Shown here in pieces: positions 10,850 to 19,957 of a stretch of DNA of 64,000 bases. The notes beneath the pieces are model-generated. The model ran no database searches, had not been told where the DNA came from, and saw only the letters and a list, made by a program, of their open reading frames with translations. This DNA is from Candidatus Levyibacteriota bacterium. GTDB lineage: Bacteria > Patescibacteriota > Microgenomatia > Levybacterales > UBA12049. How positions within the stretch are numbered: position 1 is the stretch's first letter; every line of letters starts with the position of its first letter. Location of the stretch: positions 22,654 to 86,653 of the forward strand of contig JACPAR010000005.1 of NCBI GenBank assembly GCA_016180725.1. The letters are read 5' to 3'. Both the position numbers and the translations under genes were made by a program.

Positions 10850-10878
10850 TTGACAAGCACTTCTTTGGGTGTTATAGT
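10850..10878 (+). promoter_or_regulatory. Sigma70-type promoter
   Basis: TTGACA (10850-10855), 17-bp spacer, TG-n-TATAGT (10873-10878). Confidence 0.7.
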
Positions 10879-11062
10879 CAAGCTGAAATGAATTTAGCGC
10901 TTATTATTAAAATGCACGTTATTTTCCTCCCCTTTACCTAAGGAGGGAGATTTTGTGCTGTTTTAAGAATACCAAATCTCCCCCAATAAAGGGGGATTTT
11001 AAGTGCGAAATAAACGTTCTTAATCTCCCAACAATTTTTGAAGGGAGATTTTTAATGAAAAT

Positions 11063-11443
11063 ATGAGAGAGTATCCAATTCCACCAGGATTATCAAGAGA
11101 ACACAGAAGAGCACTTAGAACTTGTATCAAGACACAACGAATTTTTGATGAGCTGGTTGACGCTGCTCAAAATAGCGCACCAGGAACACTTATAAAGTAT
11201 TCTAATGGACACGAATCTATTGTTACTGTCGATAAAGATGGTGTTCCTGGTTTACTAGATGATTATATAGCAGGCTTAGTACATTCAGGTGTAAACCGAA
11301 GAAATGCCAGAAGAGAAGCAAATTCTTTAGAAAAAAGATTTTTTAGCGGGACACCTGATGAACAACAGGTAGTTTTTGTAACATTAAGAGGCGCTGTAGA
11401 TGGACTAAATGGGATACCTGATCCAATTAGACGAAAGACGTAA
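11063..11443 (+). CDS. Hypothetical protein (126 aa)
   Basis: Clean ORF downstream of a promoter and a hairpin-rich leader; no recognised motif. Confidence 0.65.
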   Translation: MREYPIPPGLSREHRRALRTCIKTQRIFDELVDAAQNSAPGTLIKYSNGHESIVTVDKDGVPGLLDDYIAGLVHSGVNRRNARREANSLEKRFFSGTPDEQQVVFVTLRGAVDGLNGIPDPIRRKT

Positions 11444-11498
11444 TCCCTACATGTATAAGAAATAAGCAATACACCTGGGAAGTGGATTAGCTTGACAC

Positions 11499-13325
11499 CT
11501 AGGGTTTTATGTCTCTTATCTTTAGCTGCAATTTTTGACTTCCATTCCATTTATTTAAGTCAATTGTATAAGCAATATCAACGCTATCGCCAACATGAAA
11601 CTCGCTTGCCCTGTCACCCATCCCAAATGCAATCGCCTCAATTCTGAATTCTGAGTTCTTAATTTTGAATTTTAATTTTAGGTGTTTGTTTTCTCTCCCA
11701 ACAAATCTCATGTCTTCTATAACTACATTTCTGCTTACAAATGTTGGCTCCGGATTTGCCATACCAAATGGCGCCAGTTTTTGAACTGTATTATAAAGCT
11801 CTGTATCAACATAAAATAAAGGGATTTCCATATCTATTCGCAACAATCGGGTAAGCATATTCTCATCTATCAATTTATGGGCTTTTTTCTCAAGCATCTC
11901 TTTAAGAAGTATTAATTTTACGGTTTCTACTGTAAAACCTGCAGCCATTGGATGACCGCCTGCATCAACTAGCAACTCCGATGCTCCTCTTATAAATTCG
12001 ATCATATTAAAACCAGAAACCGATCTTGCCGATGCTTTACTGTATTTTTCGCCTATCGATAAAACTATTGCCGGTCTGTAAAACTCTTCCACTAACTTTC
12101 CTGCAACCAGCCCAATTACTCCCTGCTGATAACTTTCGTGCGCCACAAAAAGTAATTTTTTAATTTTTTCTTTCTGATTTTTTATTCCGTCTATTGCGTG
12201 AGAAACAGTTTCTCCTGTTACCCTTTGCCTTTCTTTATTAGTAGAACCAAGTTTGGAAGCAAGATTGCGGGCCCTGTCGGCGTTTTTTGTACATAAAAGC
12301 CGTAAGCTATCCATTGCATATTCAAGTCTCCCCATCGCATTAAGCCTGGGCGCAATAATATGACCGATTTCGTATGTTCTTATTTCCTTTAGGTTTATAA
12401 CCGCTTCTTTAAAAAGTTCCAAAAGCCCAACCCTTTTTGTTTTTTGCAACTTTTCCAAACCAAATTTTACAAGCGTTCTGTTGGCTCCGATTAAAGGAAC
12501 CAAATCGGCAACAGTAGCAAGCGCCACTAATTCTAAATGTGTGTCTCCCTTTTCCATTTTTAACTTTTCACTTTGAACTTTGAACTCTTGCGATAACAAG
12601 TATGCTACTCCCGTGCCGCATAACTTTGTCGTATGAACAATTGCATATGCGTTTGGCATTTTTTTTGACGGAACGTGATGGTCGGTAATTATTACATCAA
12701 TATTATTTTTGTTAGCAAAATCAACTGCCTCATTTGCCACAATTCCATTGTCTACAGTAATTATTAGTGCAATTTTTGCTATTTGATTTTTGATATTTGA
12801 TATCCCTGTCAATGAAAGACCGTATCCTTCATCAATTCTGTGAGGAATATAAGGTGTAACTTTTGCGCCCATCGCATGAAGCGTTTCCCACAAAATTGCA
12901 GTTCCGCAAATTCCGTCAACGTCGTAGTCACCAAAAACAACAATTTGTTCTTTATCTTCAATTGCTTTTTTAATTCTCTTAATAGCTTTTTGCAATTGCT
13001 TTTTATTAATACCAACGCTATCGGTAGTTACGTTTTCGAGTTTTGGATTAAGAAACTTATCTATTTCTTTTTTTGTTTTTATCCCCCGATTTTGAAACAA
13101 TAGTCTTACTAGTTCTTCAACTTTGAACTTTGAACTCTTGTCTCCTCGAGTCCCTCGGGACTGAGTCCTCGGGACGAACGTCTGAGCGACCGATTCGGCC
13201 TGAGGGCCCTTCGGTCTTGAGCTCAGGGTCGAAAGACTCACGGCCTCGAAGGCCTCGGAGTCGAAGACCTGAGCGGAGCCGAAGGGTTGAACTTTGAACT
13301 TACTTTGTATCTCCCATTTCTTCAT
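11499..13325 (-). CDS. recJ: Single-stranded DNA exonuclease RecJ with an N-terminal repeat insertion
   Basis: GDYDVDG, ITVDNG, TDHH, TVADLVPL, PRLNAMGR, GGHPMAAG, PFGMANPEP. Confidence 0.96.
   Translation of the reverse strand: MKKWEIQSKFKVQPFGSAQVFDSEAFEAVSLSTLSSRPKGPQAESVAQTFVPRTQSRGTRGDKSSKFKVEELVRLLFQNRGIKTKKEIDKFLNPKLENVTTDSVGINKKQLQKAIKRIKKAIEDKEQIVVFGDYDVDGICGTAILWETLHAMGAKVTPYIPHRIDEGYGLSLTGISNIKNQIAKIALIITVDNGIVANEAVDFANKNNIDVIITDHHVPSKKMPNAYAIVHTTKLCGTGVAYLLSQEFKVQSEKLKMEKGDTHLELVALATVADLVPLIGANRTLVKFGLEKLQKTKRVGLLELFKEAVINLKEIRTYEIGHIIAPRLNAMGRLEYAMDSLRLLCTKNADRARNLASKLGSTNKERQRVTGETVSHAIDGIKNQKEKIKKLLFVAHESYQQGVIGLVAGKLVEEFYRPAIVLSIGEKYSKASARSVSGFNMIEFIRGASELLVDAGGHPMAAGFTVETVKLILLKEMLEKKAHKLIDENMLTRLLRIDMEIPLFYVDTELYNTVQKLAPFGMANPEPTFVSRNVVIEDMRFVGRENKHLKLKFKIKNSEFRIEAIAFGMGDRASEFHVGDSVDIAYTIDLNKWNGSQKLQLKIRDIKP
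13137..13286. repeat. 150-bp GC-rich nested palindromic insertion within recJ
   Basis: Removing it rejoins (ACTTTGA)4; ends in CCTGAGCGGAGCCGAAGGG. Confidence 0.8.
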
Positions 13326-13375
13326 ACAAAATTTATTTGCTATACTATAGCAGATCCGATAAGGGTGAACAAGCT

Positions 13376-14782
13376 GTGCAAAAACTTATTCCGAAAATCA
13401 TTTTAAAAATTTATAAAAAGCTTCAGGAAAACAACTTCGAAGTTTACCTGGTAGGTGGATCTGTTAGAAATCTCATAATGAAATTGCCTGTAAAAGATTG
13501 GGATTTAACAACTAACGCAACCCCAGAAGAAATGCTTAAACTTTTCCCAGATGGGTTTTATGACAATACTTTTGGGACAGTAGGTATTCCAATTGAAAAG
13601 GATGGGAAAAACCAAGTTGTTGAAGTAACAACCTTTCGCACCGAACATGGGTATACCGATCGAAGACGTCCGGATAAGGTTTTATGGGGAAAGACTATAG
13701 AAGAAGATCTCGCCCGCCGTGATTTTACAATCAACGCTATAGCCCTACACCTCGAAGGTGGCCGACTCGCCCTGAGCGAAGCCGAAGGGATGGACTACTT
13801 TGAGGTGAATAAAACTGAACTCATCGATCCATTTAATGGCAAAAAAGATATCGAAAATAAGCTCATCCGTGCAGTTGGCGATCCGGATCAACGATTCAAA
13901 GAAGATGCGCTAAGGCTTTTACGAGCAATACGAATCGCCACAGAGCTTTCTTTTACTATCGAAGAAAAAACCTGGAAGGAACTGGTTACCGACGCACCAC
14001 TTATCACTCAAATATCGGAAGAAAGAATACAAATAGAACTTATGCGGATTTTAGCAAGCAATTACCCATACGATGGAATTATGTTGCTTAGAAATTCCAC
14101 TCTTTTAGAACAAATTATTCCTGAGCTTTTAAAAGGCGTTGGCGTTTCCCAGGTAAGACCGGGCAGACACCACACAACAGATGTTTTTACCCATAACGTT
14201 TTATCGCTTAAATATACTCCGTCCACCGATCCTATTGTTAGATTTGCAGCGCTTTTACATGATGTTGGAAAACCTTACGTTGCCTCAACAGACGAACATG
14301 GTCTTGTAATCTTTCATAATCACGAAATTGTCGGCGCAAAGATGGCAAAAGAAATCTGCGAAAGACTAAAGTTCTCCAAAAAAGAACGGGAAAAAATTGT
14401 TAACCTTATCCGCTGGCATATGTTTACGGTTGATGAAAAAATCACCGACGCAGCGGTTCGAAGATTTATCCGCCGGGTTGGCGTTGAAAATGTAAAAGAT
14501 ATGATGGATCTTCGTATTGGAGATAGATTAGGCGGAGGAACACAAACTGCAGAAAGCTGGAGACTAAAGTTATTTAAAAAAAGAGTGGAAGATCAATTAA
14601 AACCCGCACCTTTTTCCATTAACGATTTAGTCATTGACGGGAATGATGTAATGAAAGAATTGAACATTAAGCCTGGTCCTAAAGTTGGCGAAATACTGCA
14701 AAAACTTTTTGAAGAAGTTGACGAAGACCTTTCAAGGAATAATCGTGAATACCTACTTAAACGCATACACGAATTAGACTAA
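13376..14782 (+). CDS. cca: CCA tRNA nucleotidyltransferase / poly(A) polymerase family with HD domain
   Basis: LVGGSVR, DWD, RRDFTINA, EDALRLLRA, LLHDVGK; GTG start after AAGGGTGA. Confidence 0.92.
   Translation: MQKLIPKIILKIYKKLQENNFEVYLVGGSVRNLIMKLPVKDWDLTTNATPEEMLKLFPDGFYDNTFGTVGIPIEKDGKNQVVEVTTFRTEHGYTDRRRPDKVLWGKTIEEDLARRDFTINAIALHLEGGRLALSEAEGMDYFEVNKTELIDPFNGKKDIENKLIRAVGDPDQRFKEDALRLLRAIRIATELSFTIEEKTWKELVTDAPLITQISEERIQIELMRILASNYPYDGIMLLRNSTLLEQIIPELLKGVGVSQVRPGRHHTTDVFTHNVLSLKYTPSTDPIVRFAALLHDVGKPYVASTDEHGLVIFHNHEIVGAKMAKEICERLKFSKKEREKIVNLIRWHMFTVDEKITDAAVRRFIRRVGVENVKDMMDLRIGDRLGGGTQTAESWRLKLFKKRVEDQLKPAPFSINDLVIDGNDVMKELNIKPGPKVGEILQKLFEEVDEDLSRNNREYLLKRIHELD
13748..13807. repeat. 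60-bp palindromic insertion within cca
   Basis: Imperfect inverted ends CACCTCGAAGGTGG / CTACTTTGAGGTG around CCTGAGCGAAGCCGAAGGG (18/19 match to the recJ element). Confidence 0.75.
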
Positions 14783-14842
14783 GCTTGTTCATCTTGCGTA
14801 TTGCAGCTTTGTCTTATATTACATAATTGTATATTATGTAAT

Positions 14843-14870
14843 TTGTCTCGTTGACTAGACAACGATACAA
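14843..14870. promoter_or_regulatory. 28-bp imperfect palindrome centred on CTAG, candidate operator
   Basis: TTGTCTCGTTGACTAGACAACGATACAA directly before ATG 14872. Confidence 0.55.
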
Positions 14871-14871
14871 T

Positions 14872-15282
14872 ATGAAACGATATAAATTTTTAAACAAAGA
14901 AGATATCCACGAGGCATTAAACAGACTAAGAGACGCATTTCTTGCCGCCAAAGATGGAAACGAAGTAGAAGAAATTATTAACGGTATATTAACATACGAT
15001 GAAAAGCTTAAAATTGGCAGAAGAGTACTCATTGCAGAGTATATCAAAGACGGAGCTGGTTTTGATGAAATAGCAAAATCTCTTAAAGTTGGGAAAAATA
15101 CTATTGTTTCTGTCATAAATAGTCTAGATAAAAACCCTATTTCTTTTGAACTTATTAACAAGCGACGAAAGAAAGTTCAAACAATATATCAAAACAGAAA
15201 ATACCGATTAGTTGGAGGATCTACGCTAGTATTTAAAAGAAAAGAATATACAGGCTTCAAGCGAAAAGACGTAACAAGGTAA
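14872..15282 (+). CDS. TrpR-like (YerC/YecD) HTH protein
   Basis: ILTYDEKLKIGRRVLIAEYI..GAGFDEIAKSLKVGKNTI pattern. Confidence 0.78.
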   Translation: MKRYKFLNKEDIHEALNRLRDAFLAAKDGNEVEEIINGILTYDEKLKIGRRVLIAEYIKDGAGFDEIAKSLKVGKNTIVSVINSLDKNPISFELINKRRKKVQTIYQNRKYRLVGGSTLVFKRKEYTGFKRKDVTR

Positions 15283-15442
15283 TATTTTAACAATTGTTCC
15301 GTTGTCTAGTCTATAATACTAGTATTAGTCCTTAAAAATAGTTTTAACTACGTATTGATAACTCACTTTAATACTAATTAAAAATGTTTTCTTAGTTTAC
15401 AAAGTTGCTATTTATTAACTGTTTGCGTATTATTGATTTACA

Positions 15443-16381
15443 ATGAATGATAAAGTACTTGAGGTAAAAAATCTAACTAAAAAATTTGGTTCGCCAGCTG
15501 GCGAATTTACAGCTGTTGATAATATTTCATTCTCGCTTAAGGAAGGGGAGGTGCTCGGATTACTTGGCCCAAACGGAGCGGGAAAAACTACAACTATCCA
15601 AATGCTTTTAGGCGTAATGGAACAAACCAATGGAAATATTGAATATTTTGGTAAACCATTTAAAAAATTTAGAGAAGAAATATTAAAAGACGTTAATTTC
15701 TCCTCAACTTATATAAGTCTTCCATGGCATTTTACTGTTAAAGAAATTTTGGATATTTTCGCATTGCTCTATGAAGTTCCAGACAGAAAAAAACGCATTA
15801 ATAAACTATTACAAGAATTTGAGCTAGGCAATATGGTAAAAAAACAATTTTTTATGTTATCAGCCGGAGAAAAAACAAGATTACTTTTAGTAAAATCTTT
15901 TCTTAATTATCCAAAAATCCTTTTATTGGATGAGCCCACAGCAAGTCTTGACCCAGAAATAGCAGTCAAAATTAGAGAATTTCTTAAAAAAGAAAAAGAA
16001 GAATATAATGTTAGCATGCTATTTACGTCACATAATATGGCAGAGGTTGAAGAGATATGTGATCGAGTCATTATTTTACAGGCTGGTAAGATTATTGCAG
16101 AAGATACACCCGAAGAACTCACAAAGCAAATATCTGATTGCGAAATAGAACTAAAAATAATTGAGGATTACAAAAAAGCTGTTACTTTTTTAGATGAAAA
16201 AGAAATTCCTTATGAAAAAAATAAGTATAATTTTAAGTTAAAAATGGACGAAAAAAATATAGCAGACTTTCTAGCGCTTTTATCTAAAGAAGCAATAGCT
16301 TATGAAGAAATTAGTATTAATAAACCAGACCTGGAAGATTTTTTCTTAGATGTTATTGGAGGGAAGGAAAAGTATGATTAA
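15443..16381 (+). CDS. ABC-2 exporter ATP-binding protein
   Basis: [23 protein letters not shown]. Confidence 0.93.
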   Translation: MNDKVLEVKNLTKKFGSPAGEFTAVDNISFSLKEGEVLGLLGPNGAGKTTTIQMLLGVMEQTNGNIEYFGKPFKKFREEILKDVNFSSTYISLPWHFTVKEILDIFALLYEVPDRKKRINKLLQEFELGNMVKKQFFMLSAGEKTRLLLVKSFLNYPKILLLDEPTASLDPEIAVKIREFLKKEKEEYNVSMLFTSHNMAEVEEICDRVIILQAGKIIAEDTPEELTKQISDCEIELKIIEDYKKAVTFLDEKEIPYEKNKYNFKLKMDEKNIADFLALLSKEAIAYEEISINKPDLEDFFLDVIGGKEKYD

Positions 16382-17162
16382 TTTTAATAGAGTTTTTGCC
16401 ATGGTTTATCGTTATGCTATTTATCTTAAACATAATTGGGATAGGTTAAGCGACATGTTTTATTGGCCAGCTTTAGATTTATTTATTTGGGGACTAACTG
16501 GACTTTACTTAGCAACATTAAATGCTAATCATAAAGAATATATATTTATTATTCTTAATGGATTAATTTTTTGGATAATTATCTGGCGGGTACAATATGA
16601 GATAAACGTAAATATTCTTTCAGAAATTTGGGATAAAAATTTGATTAATATTCTAGCCTCTCCGCTCACTGCTTGGGAATGGGTTACATCTCTTGTTTTT
16701 GTAGGCTTTATTAAGATGATTATTAGCCTAACTTTCTCTGCCACATTATCGCTAATTTTTTATCACTACAATATTTTAATCTACGGCTTTTATCTTTTTC
16801 CAATTATTGTAAGTCTTTTGTTGTTTGGTTGGGCTTCTGGATTTTTAGTTGCTGGATTTATTATTAGATTTGGCGCAAAAATTCAAACTCTGGCTTGGAC
16901 AGGAGTTGCATTATTTGCGCCATTTGCAGCACTCTACTACCCCCTCTCTATTTTGCCAGATTGGGCTAAGAAAGTTGCATTATTTGTTCCTCCAAGCTAC
17001 ATTTTTGAGGGAATGAGAACCATGCTTTTCAAGGGCTACTTCCCTATAGATAAACTAGTTATTGGTTTTGCATTGAACATACCATATTTGCTATTATCTT
17101 TATGGTTTTTCGTTTTTATGTTTAATAAAAGTAAAAAACTAGGACTAGGAAGACTCATTTAG
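16374..17162 (+). CDS. ABC-2 exporter permease
   Basis: Six TM segments; YYPLSILPDW..VPPSYIFEGMR. Confidence 0.9.
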   Translation: MINFNRVFAMVYRYAIYLKHNWDRLSDMFYWPALDLFIWGLTGLYLATLNANHKEYIFIILNGLIFWIIIWRVQYEINVNILSEIWDKNLINILASPLTAWEWVTSLVFVGFIKMIISLTFSATLSLIFYHYNILIYGFYLFPIIVSLLLFGWASGFLVAGFIIRFGAKIQTLAWTGVALFAPFAALYYPLSILPDWAKKVALFVPPSYIFEGMRTMLFKGYFPIDKLVIGFALNIPYLLLSLWFFVFMFNKSKKLGLGRLI

Positions 17163-17172
17163 GAAATTTTGA

Positions 17173-17204
17173 TTAGTGCAGATATACTAGTATATCTGCA
17201 CTAA
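17173..17204. repeat. Perfect 32-bp palindrome
   Basis: TTAGTGCAGATATACTAGTATATCTGCACTAA equals its own reverse complement. Confidence 0.9.
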
Positions 17205-17227
17205 AATGATTTAAACCATTAAAATAG

Positions 17228-17680
17228 ATGAAAAAACAGCTATTCCAAGAAGAATTAAAAAAGGCAATGCTAGCGCGGGATGGATTAAAAACATCTGTGC
17301 TTCGAATGCTTTTATCTGCAATTAATTATTATGAAATTAATAAGGGCGGCGCAGGATACGAGGCAACAGACGAAGATGTGACGAGTGTGATTGAGAAAGA
17401 AGTTAAACAAAGACGAGATTCTATCGAACAATTTAAAGCAGGGGGAAGACAGGATTTGGTAAATAAAGAGACTGCTGAACTTAAACTTCTTGATACATAC
17501 CTTCCCGAACAGATGAGTAATGAAGAAATTAAGAAATTAGTAATTGAGGCAATAAAAGTTACTTGCGCAACATCTATACAAGATATGGGAAAAGTTATGG
17601 GAGCGCTAATGCCAAAAGTCAAAGGCAAAGCAGATGGAAGTTTAGTTAGTAAAATTGTAAAAGAAGAGCTTACGCCTTAG
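17228..17680 (+). CDS. yqeY: GatB/YqeY domain protein
   Basis: LKKAMLARD, KQRRDSIEQF, YLPEQM, DMGKVMG. Confidence 0.92.
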   Translation: MKKQLFQEELKKAMLARDGLKTSVLRMLLSAINYYEINKGGAGYEATDEDVTSVIEKEVKQRRDSIEQFKAGGRQDLVNKETAELKLLDTYLPEQMSNEEIKKLVIEAIKVTCATSIQDMGKVMGALMPKVKGKADGSLVSKIVKEELTP

Positions 17681-18572
17681 CTCTTTTTCTACTCCATTCT
17701 TCCCAAACAACCAAAAGCGGAGCGGCGTTAAAGATGGAGGAGTACGTGCCGCTGGTGATACCTATTAAAAGTGCAACGATAAACCACTTTGTACTTTCGC
17801 CGCCAAAAAGAAGAAGGGTAAATAATACCAGCAAAACAGTAAGTGATGTATTAAGCGATCTACCCAATGTTTGTAGAATTGAATCGTTTACTAACGTAGA
17901 AAATGAAACACCGCTAACTCTTCTTAGATTTTCCCGAATTCTATCAAATACAACAATTGTATCGTGAACAGAAAATCCGATAACTGTTAAAATAGCAGTT
18001 ATAAATAAGCTGTCAACTTCTACTGCAAAAAAATGACCAAGTAAAGAAAAAATTCCTACAACGACTAAAACATCATGAAGCAGCGCAATAATTGCGCAGA
18101 TTCCAAACCTAAAACTACTTGCCGGCTTTGGAACTTTTCGAAATGACCAAGCGATATAAATAACAATAAGAACACATGCTAAAAAAACTGCTTTTGCTGC
18201 ATTAGTTGTTGTTTCGCTACTAATTGTTGGACCTATCGTTTCAAAATCTTCCTGTGTAAACTTACCGGTTTTTTTATTTAGTTTATTTAATAAATCCGCG
18301 TCTTTTTTCTGATCTATTTCGCTGGAGCGAATAAAGACTTGTTTGTCCGATGTTTGAATAGACGAAATTTCTATTTTCTCCTGGTTAAACACATCTTTTA
18401 TTTCCTTTAAAGTTTGTTGATTAACTGTTTTTGGATAAGAAAGAATTAATCTTGAACCGCCGGCAAAATCAATAGATAAACGAAGACCCCACACCATAAG
18501 GGAAATAATTCCAGGAATAATAACAATTAAAGAAATTAGAAAATATAAATATTTTTTTCCAATGATATCCAT
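17670..18572 (-). CDS. secF: Protein translocase subunit SecF
   Basis: IDFAGG, IGPT, GFSVHDTIVVFDRIREN, GTYSSIF. Confidence 0.96.
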   Translation of the reverse strand: MDIIGKKYLYFLISLIVIIPGIISLMVWGLRLSIDFAGGSRLILSYPKTVNQQTLKEIKDVFNQEKIEISSIQTSDKQVFIRSSEIDQKKDADLLNKLNKKTGKFTQEDFETIGPTISSETTTNAAKAVFLACVLIVIYIAWSFRKVPKPASSFRFGICAIIALLHDVLVVVGIFSLLGHFFAVEVDSLFITAILTVIGFSVHDTIVVFDRIRENLRRVSGVSFSTLVNDSILQTLGRSLNTSLTVLLVLFTLLLFGGESTKWFIVALLIGITSGTYSSIFNAAPLLVVWEEWSRKRAKA

Positions 18573-18584
18573 AATAATCAGCCT

Positions 18585-19931
18585 TTAAATATTTTTTGTT
18601 CCATAAAACATTCTCAAAAATGTTCTGGTAACAACAATCGCCGAAAACATAGAAACCAATACTCCAATTGCAAGCGTTAATGCAAAACCCCTAACTCCTC
18701 CGCTACCAAAATAGTACAAGATACCACTTGTAATAAGGCTTGAAACATTAGAGTCCCTAATCGATGTCCATGCTCTAGTGAACCCAATTTCTATTGCCAT
18801 TTCCCATGCTCTTCCCCGACGAAGTTCTTCACGCATTCTTTCAAAAATAAGAATATTTGCATCAACAGCCATACCAATCGAAAGAATAAAACCGGCAATA
18901 CCTGCAAGAGTAAGAGTAACCGGAATAGCTTTAAATATCGCCATAACAAATAACGTATATAGAAAAAGTGCAATGCTTGCAATCATTCCAAGCCTTCCAT
19001 ATAAAACAACCATAAATATTACAATAATAATAAATCCTAACACTCCGGCAAATAAGCTTTTTTGCAAAGATGAAGCTCCAAGAGTCGGCCCGATTGTGCG
19101 CTGCTCAAGCACCGAAAGAGGAACAGGCAAAGCTCCTGCATTAAGTTGCAGTGCAAATCTTTTTGCATCTTCTGTTGTAAAATTTCCGGTAATTTGGCCA
19201 TCATCACGAATTGCCGCCTGAACTGTTGGCGCAGAGATAAATTGATTGTCTAAAAATATTGCCATGCGTTTGCCTATTAATCTTTGTGTTGTCTCGTAAA
19301 ACTTTTGCTGACTCTTATCTGCAACCCTAAAAAGAACAACCGGTTGCCCTGTATTACTATCAAAAGAAACCTGCGCTTCCTGCAAATCTGCTCCGCTTAA
19401 CCCCGTAGGCTTTGTGCTTTCTACAGCTGGTATTGTAGTAAGCTCTTTTTCTTGCACCTCGCGAAACTCTAGTTTTGCAGTTTTTCCTACCAAATTAACT
19501 GCTTCATTAAGATCTGTAATTCCGGGAAGCTCAATAACAATACGGTAATCATTTTTAACAGTGGCTGTTTGTACAAGAGGTTCTGAAACACCAAAGAAAT
19601 TAACTCTTCTTTCTATAACGGTTTTTGCACTATCCAACGCTGCGCTTCTTTGCGCCTGAGGAATATCTTTCATGTCCGCTTTAAGAGTAATACTTATTCC
19701 GCCTTCTAAATCAAGACCCTTACGAAATGAGAAAGTTTTTTCTATGCGTATTGGTCCTAAATTCAAACTTGGACCTATACCCTTAAAAGTTTTTTGAATA
19801 GAAATTTTCTTATTTATTATTGGTAATTTTGGTGTTTGAAAGGAAACAGGAATACTTGGAGGTAAGTTAATAAGAATAGATATTATTGTCAATGCAATAA
19901 TTAGCAAAAAGAGAATTCTTAAATTTTTCAT
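18585..19931 (-). CDS. secD: Protein translocase subunit SecD
   Basis: GLDLEGG, GVSEP, AGALP, GMAVDANILIFER. Confidence 0.96.
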   Translation of the reverse strand: MKNLRILFLLIIALTIISILINLPPSIPVSFQTPKLPIINKKISIQKTFKGIGPSLNLGPIRIEKTFSFRKGLDLEGGISITLKADMKDIPQAQRSAALDSAKTVIERRVNFFGVSEPLVQTATVKNDYRIVIELPGITDLNEAVNLVGKTAKLEFREVQEKELTTIPAVESTKPTGLSGADLQEAQVSFDSNTGQPVVLFRVADKSQQKFYETTQRLIGKRMAIFLDNQFISAPTVQAAIRDDGQITGNFTTEDAKRFALQLNAGALPVPLSVLEQRTIGPTLGASSLQKSLFAGVLGFIIIVIFMVVLYGRLGMIASIALFLYTLFVMAIFKAIPVTLTLAGIAGFILSIGMAVDANILIFERMREELRRGRAWEMAIEIGFTRAWTSIRDSNVSSLITSGILYYFGSGGVRGFALTLAIGVLVSMFSAIVVTRTFLRMFYGTKNI

Positions 19932-19957
19932 TTCTAAAAATGCCTGGAGGTAATTCC

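Noticed and set aside
10920-11055. Possible mini-CRISPR
   Set aside because: Units too divergent, only three, and no cas genes; kept only as a structured leader
14816-14844. dif-like ATATTACATAA-TTGTATA-TTATGTAATTT
   Set aside because: 7-bp spacer and weak XerC arm; it overlaps a plausible promoter, so it is not called as dif
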